Shown here in pieces: positions 26,214-40,855 of a DNA stretch of 64,000 bases. The stretch is from Eledone cirrhosa. Lineage: Eukaryota. A model generated the notes under the pieces. That model made no database searches and had not been told where the DNA came from. It was given only the letters and a program-made list of their open reading frames with translations. Numbering within the stretch: position 1 is the stretch's first letter; the number at the start of each line of letters is the position of its first letter. A program made the position numbers and the translations under genes. The stretch covers positions 355,756,001-355,820,000 of the forward strand of contig OZ024740.1 in the NCBI GenBank assembly GCA_964016885.1, read 5' to 3'.

Positions 26214-26500
26214 TATATATATATATATATAATATATAATATATATATAATATATATATATATAATATATATATATATAATATATATATATATAATATAT
26301 ATATATATAATATATATATATAATATATATATATAATATATATATATATAATATATATATATAATATATATATATAATATATATATATAATATATATATA
26401 TAATATATATATATAATATATATAGGTACACATATATACTTACACATACAATTTTATATATATTTCTACACATAACTACACATATATACACACACATACA

Positions 26501-26554
<54 letters not shown>

Positions 26555-28087
26555 TAACTATACATATATGAACAGAAAGTTATATAATAATAATATGGAT
26601 ATGCATAAAAAAAAAAATCTTTATTCAATAACATTTCGTCAGTCAGTCAGTGTCTGTCTGTCTGAGATATATATATATATATATATAGCTTGTACAAATA
26701 TTCACAATTTCAAATTTATAAATACATTTAGGCACAATAAAACCTAGCATTTACAATGTACATGTACACACAGAAGCATGTATACAGATATATTTATAAA
26801 GTATACATGCATGCTCACATGCAGTTATACATCCATGACTATAGTCTTGATTAAAAAATATGCAATAGTGTGGAAAAGGATAATAGATAGGCTATTTCTT
26901 GTTTGTACAGTAGAGGCAACAGTGTACAAATAACCAATAATATTAATAAAAAATAAAGCATTCAAGATATTTCTTCAACTTTAAAATCAAATTAAAAATG
27001 CAACTGTATAGCTAGCAATATTGTGATAGCAGGATAATAAAACTGCAAAGAGTATCAAATAAAAATGCTGTTAGCATTATAACTATATTTCTTTACATTC
27101 TGAGTTCAAATGCCACTGGAATAAAGTTAGTTTTTAATCTCACCAGAATTAATAAAAATTAGAACCAGTCATAGTCAATAGTCACTTCAATTGACTATAC
27201 TTCATCCATACAATGTGTTCCTGAAGTGTTTCAGCTACTTCACTAATAGTAGTGATATAACTTTGGTACAACACAAATTTTAAGTCATGCTCATTTTAAC
27301 TGATCACAATATATTCATTCCAGTTCCCTGCATTCTCAGTTCTAATACCACTGAGGTCAACTTTGCCTTTCAATCTTTCAAGGTTTGTAAAGAAAGTAAC
27401 ATTCCAGTATTCGGGTTGATTCTTCTTTTATATCTCTCTCTCACTTCCTATTTCTAATTCTCTGGAAGAAATTGGCTGTGCTAAAACCTTGCGAGGGGAT
27501 GGGCTCTGCCAGATTTAAAATGGCCAAGAAATGCTGCATATCACTATGTTGCCCCTAACACCTCACTCACTATTTACAGGTCCAGACATACAAAATATGT
27601 TAATATAGAAGAAGTTAATTTCAGTGTTATTTGAACACAGAACATGAACAAAATATGCAAAGCATTCAATTCATATTCCAGTCATTCAATTAGAATTCAA
27701 TTTCTGTTATTACAACAACAGCAATGGCAGAAGCAACAACAACGACAATTTCTTTCTTTAGCCACAAATGTATAAAAAAATACAAGACAGGAATACAATG
27801 ACAGAAATATCTTGGAGTGTCACATTTGAGGTGGAAAGGTGAATGATTTCTGATAAATTACGAAATAACAATGGAACTGGTTGATTTGACACTCGTCTCA
27901 AAACTGCCAAAATTAACTAAATACATGTGGATATGTTTCTGTATATATATTTAAAGACAAAATTTTCAAGTATTTTCAAACTTCTTTTTAGCAAATCTTC
28001 ATACATAAGATGTTTTTGTTGTTCTTTAAGTCAATATCATTAGTTAAATTATAAACTAGGAAGAATTCTACACAACAGTATACAGAA

Positions 28088-28278
28088 TAATTGTTTCTTC
28101 TTTTGGCACAAGGCTAGCAATTACCCAGTACATTACTGGTACTTTATTTTATCGACCCCTTAAGGATGAAAGGCAAAGTTAACCTCGGCGGGATTTGAAC
28201 TCAGACCGTAAAGGGACGTAACTATGCTGGAAAGCATGGCGTCCGACTCTCTACTGATACTGCCAATCCACCGCCCTA
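28088..28278 (-). mobile_element. tRNA-derived SINE
   Basis: Full reverse-complement match to the consensus. The flank TCTACA..CAGTATACAGAATAAT occurs on both sides. Confidence 0.88.
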
Positions 28279-31200
28279 TAATTGTTTCTACAGTATACAG
28301 AATAATATTAATATATTTCCTTAATATATTTCCTCAAGGCACATTCTAAAATGTTGATACTTCTTTACAAGATTTCTAAGAATGCCTTATCTATGAATTA
28401 AAAAAAAAAAAAAAAAAAAAAAAAATCTATGTTAACTACATTTCACTCAGACTTCTGTTTGGAGAGCATATCTGAAAGAGACATTCTTGTACAGAAATAT
28501 ATTTCTCACCTGCCTCTCTAACTTCAATATTAATATTTACCATACTTCTATGTCTCTACATAGACTATAACAAAGGAATAGAAAATAGTTGTGTATCTGG
28601 TTTAGAATCAGTACACCATACTCCTGCATGGTGTAAGAATCCCTGTGTGTCGTAAGAATCAACAAAAAGGCTTAGAGTTAGGAAGGGTATCCAGCTGTAA
28701 AGCATTGCCTCAAAAAATCCTGTCCAACCCAAGCCAGCATGAAAGTTGACATGATGATGATGTTGATGATGATGAAGACATTAAATAAGACCTTGGTTAT
28801 TGAGATTGTCCTTCCCTATCAGGTAGAAAAGATATATTTTCAGACTTGAAAAATAGATAAATACAACACAAGTATTATGGTTGGTGATATTTGAAGTTTG
28901 TTTGTTTTGTAATTGTTTTCATACATGTTTTTTTATTTCCATATTAGCATAGAAACATATAAGCACTTATTACAGAGATCTGATTAAATTGTTGCAGACA
29001 ATTTGATTAAACTGTTAAAATAAGAATTTTATATTAGTTGACATTTCTAACTTCAGCTACTTGACCATGGAAATTGAAGTTGAAACCCATTTTCCAATCA
29101 GATTATCTAATGTTAACAGAATAACATGACCTTGTTAAAGAACCTGGGAATGGAAGGTAGATTGTTGCTGAGATAAATCAAAGATGACTTAAGAACAAAG
29201 ATTACATCCAAGAATATTATATCTTAGTTGATTTGACCAAACAATAAAAACAATAAAAAAAACACAAAATGGATAGAGTGATGTTTTCAAGACCTAGCCA
29301 ACGTATATATTAGCAAGGCTCAACTAATTTGGTACTGCTGGCCTTTTTGTAGTGCCAAATGTTACCAAGGAAATATTTATTATTTCATTCTATGGAGAAT
29401 GACTAGCATTGGGTGATTCAGTTCGCTGCTGTAGATGGCTGGTACCACCATTAGGTTAACTAGGCAGCCATCTAGAGTGCACGCTTCACCCAGGTGCATT
29501 ACAGAACCATAAAGGATGGCAGTTTTATACTTGTTTGTATAATTCAATTAAATATATAATTTCCTATGACCTATAAATTAACTGTTAAATAAGTTTGCCA
29601 TGCAGCAGCATAGTGGAAATAACCAAAGTAGTGGAGAATGTTGTATGGTTTTATGACCTTTAACATAGTTTGACATGGGTGATTGTGGACTGTGTAGTAG
29701 AAAATACAAGTGATGGTCAGAACAACAATTATCAAAAGCTAGCTTTGTCTGCTTGCCAATCATAATTATTTTATTTCAGAAGAATTGGCTGCATAACAGG
29801 GGGGAAAAAGGGTATACATCCTAGGGATAACCTACAGCAACTAAATACCTTATGGCTTGGGGTTTGAAACTAATCGGGAGATTTCAATCTTGAAAACTTT
29901 TCTTTGGGCAAATTTGGTAAAGTAATTTGTATCCCATTCAGAGCATGGTTTTGCATTAACCCTTTAGTACTCACATTACTCTATTACTATTGCATTTTCA
30001 CGGTAAAGGCTTTATCTCACATAATATCAAATCTATGAGATATTGATATTACTTATTTTGAGAACATACCTTAACATCAGTATGAGAGGCCAGTTACAGT
30101 TGATTTAAACAGAAAGAGGTGAGAGAATTCTGTCTGTATCCACCCAGAGGAACCATATCATATGTTTTTTATATATATTAGGTATTATTCTTAGCAACTA
30201 ACCTAGGACATTCCTATAAAAAGTTACAAATGGAAATTACAATAAAAATAAAATAAATTGGTTGTTGAATGAAAATGTTATCTAACAAAACAAACAGATC
30301 TTAATCAAACAAATGATATTTCTCAAGAAATTAAATTTGGTGAACAGTTTCCTTTTTTTCTTCTTCCTTCTATAGTGAAAAAAAAATGTTTGAAAAGTGT
30401 ATATCTAAAAGACGTGAAATAAAACCTTGGTTCTTTTTATCTATTTGACATTAATATCTGAATCTATTTTTAGCCTGTATATGACCTTTTATACATTTCA
30501 CTTCATCACAGAATGTTTTAGAATGAGTCATTCTTTACTGGTTATGGCTTATATGAAGCTTAACTATTACAAAAAAGGGAAAGAAAAGAAAATCAAAATA
30601 AGTCTTCCATGCAATAAAAATATTTTTCTATTAATTTTTAAAGTTATTTAAATGTATTCTAGTGAAATAGTCCCCCGCCCATCTCTCTCTCTCTCTCTCT
30701 CTCTTTATTTAGACAATGGCTAAGATTTGATCAATGTAAGATTGTAAAACTTTTTTTTTTTTTAATGTTAAAAATATACCTCATTAACAATAGTCCTTAA
30801 AGCCATGCATTGCTTCAGTTTGATGAGAGATGCATCTTCTTGATAACAAAAAAGTCTATTAAACATTCTCTGATGTTCTGGAACATATGAGGATGGGCTG
30901 AAAAGGTCATAGGCTGGCTATGAAAGATTGATGCTAGAATTGTGAAATCTTGCGTGCATTAATTTCAACTCTTATTAATAACTGCATTGTTTCTTTCCAA
31001 GGACTATGTTGAAAATAAATCCCATTTGCTCATTCCATGAGTGTATCTTGGTCAGCCTGAGCCATCCATTGTATAAACAACTGTTGATTTATGAAGCATT
31101 GACAAGGTTTGAAATGTGAGTGTTCTAATGCAGAAAAGGTCTTCAATATAATCGATCACTATAAATAATAGTTGATTGGCTAAAAAAACCCAGATGACAG

Positions 31201-31490
31201 AAAAAAGTAGACACAGGTGTCTGTGAGGAATGAACCCTGCATCTCTTGAATGTCAGGCATGTCTGTCCACTTTTTTCTGCTTCCAAGGGTATCTTAATTA
31301 AGTTTCTCAACTATTATTTATAGTAATTGACTATATTATAGTTATTTTCTGCATTTGGGATGCTCACATTTCAAATTTCATAATGACATGTATTTCATTT
31401 ATTTTCCAGCCAACAGCAAATTTCAATCTCTTCAATCCACAACACACTAAATAAGGCACTGAATGTGTTATGATTCACCAGCAGCTTTAA

Positions 31491-31898
31491 CCCTTTACCA
31501 TTTACATTATTCTATTGAATTGGCAGTATCGGTAGAGGGTTGGACGCCATGCTTTCTAGCATAGTTACGTCCCTTTACAGTCCGAGTTCAAATCCCGCCG
31601 AGGTTAACTTTGCCCTTCATCCTTACGGGGTCGATAAAATAAAGTACCAGTAATGTACTGGGTAATTGCTGGCCTTGTGCCTAAAGTAGAAACAATTATT
31701 CTATATTTACTATTGTATTTTCATGGTAAACAGTTTATCTTGCATAATTATCTCACATAGTATTGAATCTATGAGATTTTGATGTTATTTATTTTGAGAA
31801 CAATAACAATGTAGGTATGAGTGGCCAGATATAGCTGGTTTGAACTGAAAGAGGTGAGACAGTTCTGGCCGGATATGGCCAGTTTAAATGCTAAAGGG
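31491..31898. mobile_element. piggyBac-type MITE with a nested SINE at ~31517-31700
   Basis: TTAA|CCCTTTA...TAAAGGG|TTAA. The SINE is flanked by the direct repeat ATTATTCTAT. Confidence 0.85.
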
Positions 31899-32399
31899 TT
31901 AAACAAATGTTCTTGGTTTATAGTGGTAAGTATCCCTGCCTATTACTTGGGTCTCTCTGCTGGGAAGGCAATGAATTTTATTATGGTCTTTTATGCACTG
32001 AGTTCAAATTCTGTCATGGTCAACTTTACCTTTCACTCTTCCAGGTTCAAAAAAATAAATTCCCAGTCATGTACTGGGTTGATATAAGCAAGTTAACCCT
32101 TACTCCAAAAAAAACTGCTGGCCTTGTGCCTAAATTAGAACCGACTATACAACTAACACAGGAAAGTAACTGTTTCTAAGCTCTATGGAAGTCAGCATTC
32201 TGAGAATTAAGAAAATTGTAAAATGAATAATTGTTTCTACAATAGGCACAAGGCCAGCAATTATCCCAGGGTATTACTGGTACTTTATTTTATCGACCCC
32301 CGTTAGGATGAAATGAATAATGACATGAAATGAAATGAATAATGACAATAATAGAGTATAATAAACGAGTGTAAACATTTAACATTTGATAACAAACAG

Positions 32400-32497
32400 C
32401 CTAAAACAGTCAATGGTTCTACAAAACTGTATATTATATTTATCCTTTCAGATAAATATAATATAAACAGTTTTGTAGAACCATAGACTGTTTTAGG
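32400..32497. repeat. Near-perfect hairpin with ~45-bp arms and a 6-nt loop
   Basis: CCTAAAACAGTCAATGGTTCTACAAAACTG..TTTATC ctttca GATAAA..CAGTTTTGTAGAACCATAGACTGTTTTAGG. Confidence 0.85.
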
Positions 32498-33399
32498 TTA
32501 ATAATTTAATTATTTTGAAAAATATCTTCCAAATCCTTGATTTTCAAAATAAAAAGAAACAATACAAGCAATGTATTTTATTAGAAATGTAGTCATGAAA
32601 AGTTTAAGGCACAGAGGTAGTATTGGGGTTCACAAAAGCTAGTGTTTAGTTCTTGTTTCAAGGTATTAAATAGACAGAAACTAAATGTTAAGTATATTAT
32701 TCAACCTTCAACCACATCTGCCACTCTACTGCCAAAAGTAGTAGCAGTGGTGATGGCGGTAGTGGTGGTGGTGGTGGTGGTGGTGGTGAAGGTAGTGGTG
32801 GTGTTGATGGTTGTGATAGTGCTGGTGAGAGTGGTGGAGATGGTGGTGGTACTTTCTATTGGTGGAAAAAGAGATTATGATGATTTTGAAGATAAAACCA
32901 TGTGCTAATGCTACCATCATTAGTTGATATTTGAAACATACAGCAAAATTTGTGTAGCCAAGATATCATTGGGAAATGTGAGAGTCAAATAATTATACAC
33001 TATTCTAGATATATTGAAATAAATATTGTGATGGTTTGGTCTATGAAAGTAAAAGTTACAACCCTTAATTTGGGGTTATCTCAGATGTAAGACCTATTTA
33101 ACTTATCCCCTTTCAAAACAGGTTTCATTTTACAAAGAAAACAACAAGAGACAAATATATTAAGAAGCTAACAGCATGTGTCATTGTATGTTAGAAGTGG
33201 GTGTCCTGTATAAATAACTCTTTCAACAGAACCTTATTCCAGAATTTTACCATCAAGAAAGAAAATATTTTTCAGACCTAGGGGGAGGGGGACATAGGTT
33301 CTTTAGAAGCCAGCCAAACTCATTTGTAGTACTTCTAATTACTGTTAATGTCAGTCTTTAGCACACTTATTATGTTGCCACTTGACATTGTTTAACAGC

Positions 33400-35280
33400 A
33401 GTGGGTTGGCAACATTGTTAAAGAATCAAACAAATGCTTTATGGTATTTTCTATGACATTTTATATTCTGAGTTCAAATACCGCCACGGTTAGCTTTGCC
33501 TTTCATCTTTAGAGGTCGATACAATAAAATACCAGTAATGCACTAGTGTCGATTTAATCAACATTCCCCTCCCCCAAAACTGTTGGCCTTGTGCCTAAAT
33601 CAAACTATTATTATTATTAGGATGGTGGCTTGGCAGTATTTGTAGAGTGTTGGACAACATGCTGTGCAACATATAGTTACAGCCCTTTATATTCCGAGTT
33701 CAAGTTTCGCTAAGGTTAAGCATTGCCTTTCATCCTTAGCAGGTTTGATAAAATAAAGCACCAGTAATGCACTGGCGGCGATTTAATCAACTTTCTTCTT
33801 CCCTTCAAATTGCTGACTTTGTGCCAAAAGTAGAAAAATTATTATTATTATTGACAATGTTTTTATTATTATAATCATATGATTAGACAATACTGCAATG
33901 TCTTGATGTCTTGATGTATTTAGTTACATCTTATATTCTGAGGTGAAAGTCCACTGAAGTCAGCTGTTGCTTTTCTCTCAAAGATTGAGGATAGAATATA
34001 CCAGTACAGTCTACATAATTCAATATACCCATCACATCCACAAATGTGGCAAAGGTAGACAGAAATGTTAGTAATCATCATCATCAACCACTCATTATTA
34101 TTATTATCATCATCATTATAATTTCTGAGTTCAAATCCTGCTGAGGTGAGCTTTGCCTTTCATCCTTACGGGGTTGATGAACAAAGTACCAGTACTGGGG
34201 GTCAATTTAATCGACTTTCCCCTCACCCCAAATTGTTGGTCTTGTGCCTATATCAGAAACCATTATTATTATTGTAGATTATGGGCGGTGGATTGGCAGT
34301 ATCGGTAGAGGGTCAGACGCCTTGCTTTGACGTAGAGTTACGGCCCTTGCCATTCTGAGTTCAAATCCCGCCGAGGTTAACTTTGCCTTTCATCCTTACG
34401 GGGTCGATGAAATAAAGTACCAGTAATGCACTGGGATAATTGCTGGCCTTGTGCCTAAAGTAGAAATAATAATTATTATTATAGGGCAGTGGATTGCCAG
34501 TGTTGGTAGAGCATCAGACAAAAATGCTTTGCAGCATTTAGTTATGTCCCTTTGTGTTCTGATTTCAAATCCCACTGAGGTTAACTTTTCCTTTCATCCT
34601 TACAGGGTTGATAAAAGAAAGTACCAGTAATGCACTGGGGCAATTTAATTAACTTTCTCCTCTCCCAAAATTGCTGGCCTTGTGCCTATAGTAGAAATCA
34701 TTATTATCATCATTATTATAGTATCGGTAGAGGGTCGGCCGCCATGCTTTCCAGCATAGTTACGTCCCTTTACGATCCGAGTTCAAATCCCGCCGAGGTT
34801 GACTTTACCTTTTATCCTTACGGGGTCAATAAAATAAAGTACCAGTAATGCACTGGGTAATTGCTGGCCTTGTGCCTAAAGTAGAAACAATTATTATAGT
34901 AGTGTGGGAATTAGTAGAATTGTTTGAGCATCAAGCAAAATACTTTACGGTATTTAGTTATTGTTCTTTAGATTCTGATTTCAAATCCTGCTGAGGTTAA
35001 ATAAAGTACCAATCACCTAGCAGTCAAAATTGTTAGCCTTCTGTCTAAATCAGAAATTATTATTATTATTATTATTATTATGGCGGCGGATTGGCAGTAA
35101 CGGTAGAAGGTCAGACGCCATGCTTTGCAGCATAGAGTTACGGCCCTTTAAAATCCGAGTTCAATTCTTGCCGTGGTCAACTTTGCCTTTCATCCTTACG
35201 GGGTCAATAAAATAAAGTACCAGTAATGCACTGAGTAATTGCTGAGCTTGTGACAAATGTAGAAACAATTATTATTATTT
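33400..35280 (+). mobile_element. Head-to-tail array of ~9 tRNA-derived SINEs of different ages
   Basis: Repeated A-box/B-box/core units, each starting in the (ATT)n tail of the previous copy. Confidence 0.9.
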
Positions 35281-37569
35281 ATTATTTTCTATTATTATGT
35301 ATATTTATTACAATTTCTATTATTGTTGCTCCTACTGTTTTCTCTTTAGCAATGTCCTTTCCTTTACTTGATGTAAACCCTTCTCAGTGTTGTTTTTTGT
35401 CCTTATATTGTTCCTGATAAACTCTACCGTAACAACTACTGCCAGTAACCAAACCTGTTGGAGATGCATGCTGGGTGACGGAAATTGTATGGCACACAGG
35501 GTTCCTGCTTTGCTGATAGGGGGGGTTTATGTCAAATATCTATTATCATATGCAGGATGAATTCAACTGTAAGCTGAGTTTATCATGAAGATCAACCCAA
35601 TGCAGATAGTCTTCCACTATATGGTAGTTATAGTGAAGGAAGTTGTGTGGTGGAAAGGTTTGGGAACAGAATTTTTCCTCTCAAGACAAACCCTCATCAA
35701 ATTCTTCAAATACCATAAGAGGAGACCCCTTGACCCCAATACCTGAAGGTGTTGGGGTCATGGGATGACACCTCCCCCTACTTTTGAATGGTGTACCCTC
35801 ATATTTAGAAAAATTTATGATGCTATGTTTATTCTGAAACTCCACCTTAGAATTACTGTGTATTAGAGTGTCACACAGAATATTCTGAAGCCCTTCCAAG
35901 CACCAAAGCCTGAATTCCATTCTTGTTATTGCTACTTATTTATTAATGCATCTTTTATTGTTATCGTTGATTTCACGCTTTGTTTTCTTTTGTATTTCAT
36001 ATTTGTACTGTTCCCAATGTCTTCAGCTATATTGAAGCTAATAAAAGAAATCCAAACGGGGAATACCATGAAAAAAAATTGCCCCAAAACAGGGAGAAAT
36101 GAGGCAAAATGGGGAGATTTTACATGAAAGCTATACCTATTTTCACAAGAGAAGACATCTCTCACCTACCCCAAAGTTGGTGGGAGATTGCCCCATCGAA
36201 TGGGGAGAGTTGACAAGTCTGCTATTACAATAGCATAAACTATCAGAATGAAATGATATTAAGATAACATGATAATGTTATTGAATAGTGTTAAACTGAA
36301 ATATAACATGAAAGAGAAACAATGCGGGAATTAATAGAAATAATAAGATATATAGTCTTTTAAGTCCTTGATAGAATTAGTAAAACTAATGATAGTATCA
36401 GAAAAAATACATTACATATAAAAATGTATAAAACATGAGAACGAATAATCAGTCATCTTTATCCAAATGATATGAGCCTAGACAGTGTTGAGAAAATATT
36501 CCTTGTAGAGCCCCAGGAATAAGCCACCTGGTAGTCCCAGCAGACAGAATGGAGAAAGTGTTACCTCAGAAAATAATGAGGGAGACAGTGAAATAGCCAT
36601 TCCAACTTGCAGGGCTCATACTTGCAGGAGGCCAACTCTGTTTCAAGAACAGCAAGTAGCGAGGTAGTACAGGTGCCAAGAATGCTAGAAGACTCCTCCA
36701 CTACAGACTCAACATATGTCTTTATATTTAAATTTCTGAGCAAATGTAAAAATATTTCTTATACAGTAAAAAAGAAAAGAAAATTTGAACAGCGAGGCAG
36801 TGGCATGCAGATGATGTCCAAGGCCAATTCCTTGATTGTATGCTCCTAAAACTCAAGTATAGGGCCTAGGAAATGTGAGCAAGAAAGACATTTTAAATAT
36901 GTAAAAATAGATAAAACATGAAATAAATACATCATTCAAATTAATTTAAAATCAGCCACATTTAAGTCTAGTTCCCCAAATGAGATCTGATAGAAAAGAA
37001 ACATCACATCATTGCATAAGTTTGTCCAAGCAAATAAACATCGAATTTCCAATTAATAAATTTCTCAGCTTTTTTATCTGGGTACTTGAGAAATGAAAGT
37101 GGGTTCTGTGCTCAGAAGCTGTGTTGAATATAGAACCATGTGCAACATTTTGGTTGGATGCACCTACCACCTGACTCGATATGAATACCCAAGGCCATCA
37201 CACCTCCACCCTCCTCTCTACACAGTACTGTAGACAGGACTGCACATTATATATATATTTTTTTTTACCTACTTTTAGGGTACTTATACAAATTTTGGAG
37301 TAGCAATCCACTATTTTTCTATTTTATTTAAAAATGAATATTCATATTTTGGGTCAATCAGTAAAATTTATAGCATGGCTTAGTGGTGAAGGAGTTTGCA
37401 TTGTTATCACTTGGTTCTGGGTTCAGTCCAGCTGTGTGGCACCTTGGGAAAGTGCCTTCAACTGTAGTCTTACGTTGACCAATACCTTGTGAGTAGAGAG
37501 AAAGTGCAGAAGCCCATTGTATGTACATGTGTGTGAATGTTTTTTTTACACGCATGCATTATACATATA

Positions 37570-38206
37570 TCTATAAAGTTGTAGTTCCTGTCTGTTTTTT
37601 GTTTGTTCACGAACTCCTATGGTTTTGGAGATAGACCCCCATAACCATATATATTCTGAAACTACATTGCCCAGGGTACTTAGATAAGTATATTTCATTT
37701 TAATCAAAGGGTTCCCCGGGGGCACAAACCCCCTCTGAAAATGTTTTCCCTTCGATTTATAGGAAATTTAAACCATTATGATGCCTATTCACAAAATTTC
37801 AGCAAATTTCAATAATATTAAGACACCCTAATGGGGGTTAAACCCGCTATAGTGAAAAGTTTGGAAGCCCATAACTTAAGTATTGGAACTTTGAATTTCT
37901 AATTTGAAAATAATGCTTTACACAAAAATGAAATGATCAAGTTTTGAATTGATATTTTTTAAAAAATTATTTACAAGAAACAAAATAAGAATAAGATTTA
38001 ATAATGTAACTTTGATTTGATATATTACAAACAATAATGTTTTCCAATTTTTCATGCATTACATTTTACATTTAGTAATATTGAAATGCAGAGTTTTTCT
38101 CCATAAATTATATCACCAATTTAAAATCAATCATCATTTTCTTACAAGAAAAAAAAAAAAAAAAAAAAATGTGTCAAATGCAGCAAGGTGCAGGTAATTC
38201 GGCTAG
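37570..38206 (+). mobile_element. Probable non-autonomous Helitron
   Basis: A|TC start followed by a CTGTCTGTT/TGTTTGTT tract, a GC-richer subterminal segment and a CTAG|T end. Confidence 0.55.
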
Positions 38207-38211
38207 TATAT

Positions 38212-38545
38212 ATCATCATCATCATTTTATGTCCGCTTTTCCCTGCTTGCAAGGGTGGGACGGGAATTGATTCTGGCTTGATTTCTAGAACTGGATGCCC
38301 TTCCCAACACCAACCTCATTTACAGTGAGTGCTGGGTGGTCTTTTTGCCGTGGCACCTCCACGACCACTTTGCAGTGGAATGATATGGACCCCAGTCCCT
38401 ATCATCTCATTTCTACAGCTGAGTAAACTGGAGCAATGTGAAATAAAGTGTCTTGCTCAAGGAAACAACACATCGCCTGGTCTGAGAATTGAACTCACAA
38501 CCTTTCGATTGCAAGGCCAATGCTCTAACCACTAAGCCATGTGCT
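38212..38545 (-). mobile_element. RTE-type 3' tail joined to a tRNA/CORE-like SINE head
   Basis: 38212-38375 matches the RTE 3' UTR with (GAT)n. 38400-38545 reads on the minus strand TGGCTTAGTGGTTAGAGC..GAGTTCAATTC..CCTTGAGCAAGACACTT. Confidence 0.6.
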
Positions 38546-39010
38546 TCCATATGTATATATATATGATGATGATGATTATTATATATATATAATCATCATC
38601 ATCACTGTTTAGCAACTATTTTTCCATGCTTGCATTGGTTAGATGGATTGTCTACGCCGGGAGGCAAGTCTGGCTAGGGTTGGCCATACCGCACCTTGCT
38701 CTGACGAGGACTGTGTGTGTGTGTGTATATATATATACATATAGATATATATATATATACACACACACACATATATCTTCATCATATATATATGCATGTG
38801 TGCATGTCTGTATTTATGTTTCATAACTCAAAGATCTGACAAAAGAGAGATCGATAAAATAAGTGTCACACTTGAAAAAATAAGTACTGGGATCAATACA
38901 ATAGACTAAATAAAGGTGGTGCCCCAGTATAACTACAATCTGAGTGAAACAAGTAAAAGAATAAATTAATGAGAGAGTGTGAATTGAGGGTTTAATGTCA
39001 AGTAACTATA

Positions 39011-40334
39011 TACGAGGGGGGGATCAAAAAGTTTGCGGAATTTTTCAGAAATAATCAATTTTTCAAAAAATATGATTTATCTTCAAATTATTTTTCTACA
39101 TAGTTGCCATCCAGGTCAATACACTTCACAAGGCGATGCTTCCAGCTTCGTAAGCTGTCTCTAAAGAAAGTTGAAGGCCTTGTTCGAAGCCATGTGTTGG
39201 CAGTGTTTTTAGCTTCTTCAACACCACTAAAACGGGTTCCTTTTAGCATTTCTTTGAGTTTTGGAAAGAGGAAAAAGTCTGATGTGGCTAAATCTGGACT
39301 ATAAGACGGGTGAGGAAGCACTTCCCATCGCAATTCTCGAAGAGCTTCTTTTGCAACCCGCGCAGAATGCGCTGGTGCATTGTCATGGTGAAACAAGATC
39401 CCACCATAAAGTTTCCCCTTTTCATTTCTTGACTAATGCCTCTTTCAGCTTCCTTAAAACATTTGCATAGTAAGCTCCGGTCACAGTTCTTTGACCTTCA
39501 AGATAATCTATTAGTATCACTATCTGAATCCCAGAAAATGGTGGCCATCACTTTTTGATCCGACTTTTGAGATTTGAACTTGATTGGCCCCGATGATCCA
39601 CGTGGAAGCCACTGTTTTGACTGCTGTTTGGATTCAGGATCATACTGGTAGATCCAGGTTTTATCTCCGGTGATGATTCGGGTCAGGAAATGCTCTTCAT
39701 CAACTTCAATTTTGTTTAATATCGCCAAAGACAGATCACTTCGAAGAATCAACTGATCAGGGCGCAACGCTTTTGGGACCCATCACGCTGAAAGCTTGCT
39801 TAGTCCCAAATTATCGTGCAGAATTGAATTTACCGAACAATATGAAATGTCTAGGGGCTTAGCTAACTAACTAACTCTTATTCTTCGATCTTCTTCAATT
39901 AAAGTCTGAGCAGCCTCAACGTTTTGGTCATTTTATGTTCCTGGTCTTCCACTGCGATGGTCGTCTTCAAGGTCGTCTTTCCCTTGCTTGAATCGCTGAA
40001 TCCACTTGTAGACAGCAGTTTTCTTTGGAGCAGTAGTACCGTAAACTTTAACTAAAGCCTCCATAATCTGTGTCCCTTTCCATTTGAGTTTCATCAGAAA
40101 CTTGATATTCGATCTTATCTCAAAATAACTATTTTCCATTGTTCCAAAAAGAGGTTTTTTAAAGCGTGTCAGTACTGTACAATAGTCCGCGCATAACTGA
40201 CTGCAAGTGACTAATAGCAAGGTAAACACCCAGTGACGATGTTCTGACATGTTTAATATTGTTTTAACCTGATTTTTTTCTTGCTATGATAAAATTCCGC
40301 GACTTTTTTTATCTCCCCCCCCCCCCCCCTCGTA
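39011..40334 (-). mobile_element. Full-length but inactivated mariner (DD34D) transposon
   Basis: TIRs TA-CGAGGGGG..AAAAAGT..GCGGAATTTT at both ends. Transposase pieces include an HTH region (VYKWIQRFKQG..RSGRP), IITGDKTW, FHHDNAPAH and YSPDLATSDFFLF, broken by stops and frameshifts. Confidence 0.95.
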
Positions 40335-40855
40335 GAGTTTCCCTGGAATAATAAAGTCTGAAACTTATTGACAGCAATTACTGTTGTGTGGTAGAAGTCT
40401 GGGCAATCACTAAATATATGATGCCACTTTCACTGTTGAGGCCCTTATACACAAGAACCATCAAGAACTGAACAAGTTAAGTATTTTCTTAACCCATTTG
40501 TTACCATATTTCTATTGAAAGACACTGCCTAAATTTTGAAATAAAACCATTAATTTGGAAGTATTTAGTAAAATAACAAACTTATTATTAAGCTGCTGTT
40601 TGGAGCATAACAAAAGTACTTGCATAAAATTATGATTGAACATTTATAGATAAATATAAATACTTCAAAACACAGTTTTGTGTCAAAGAATCAGGGCCAA
40701 TTTCAGGCTGTTTGGTATTGAAGGAGCTAATAAATCCAGATTATTCCAAAACTAATAGGTGTATATGAAAGTGTATAACATACATACATAAGTCTTGCTA
40801 TTGGTATTTTAAGCTGTGATGAGTCTTTTAAGCTATCTTAGTATCCATGTGAGAA

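Noticed and set aside
36561-36743. Minus-strand ORF ending at a GAG|GTAAC donor (LLAVLETEL)
   Set aside because: It looks more like an ancient LINE endonuclease relic, as do ~21170-21450 and ~29580-29760 (SDHH). It is too decayed to call as either an exon or an element.
38695-38712. CTGACGAGGAC hammerhead-like half
   Set aside because: It is the reverse complement of a diverged RTE 3' UTR segment, and no GAAA..UH half follows.
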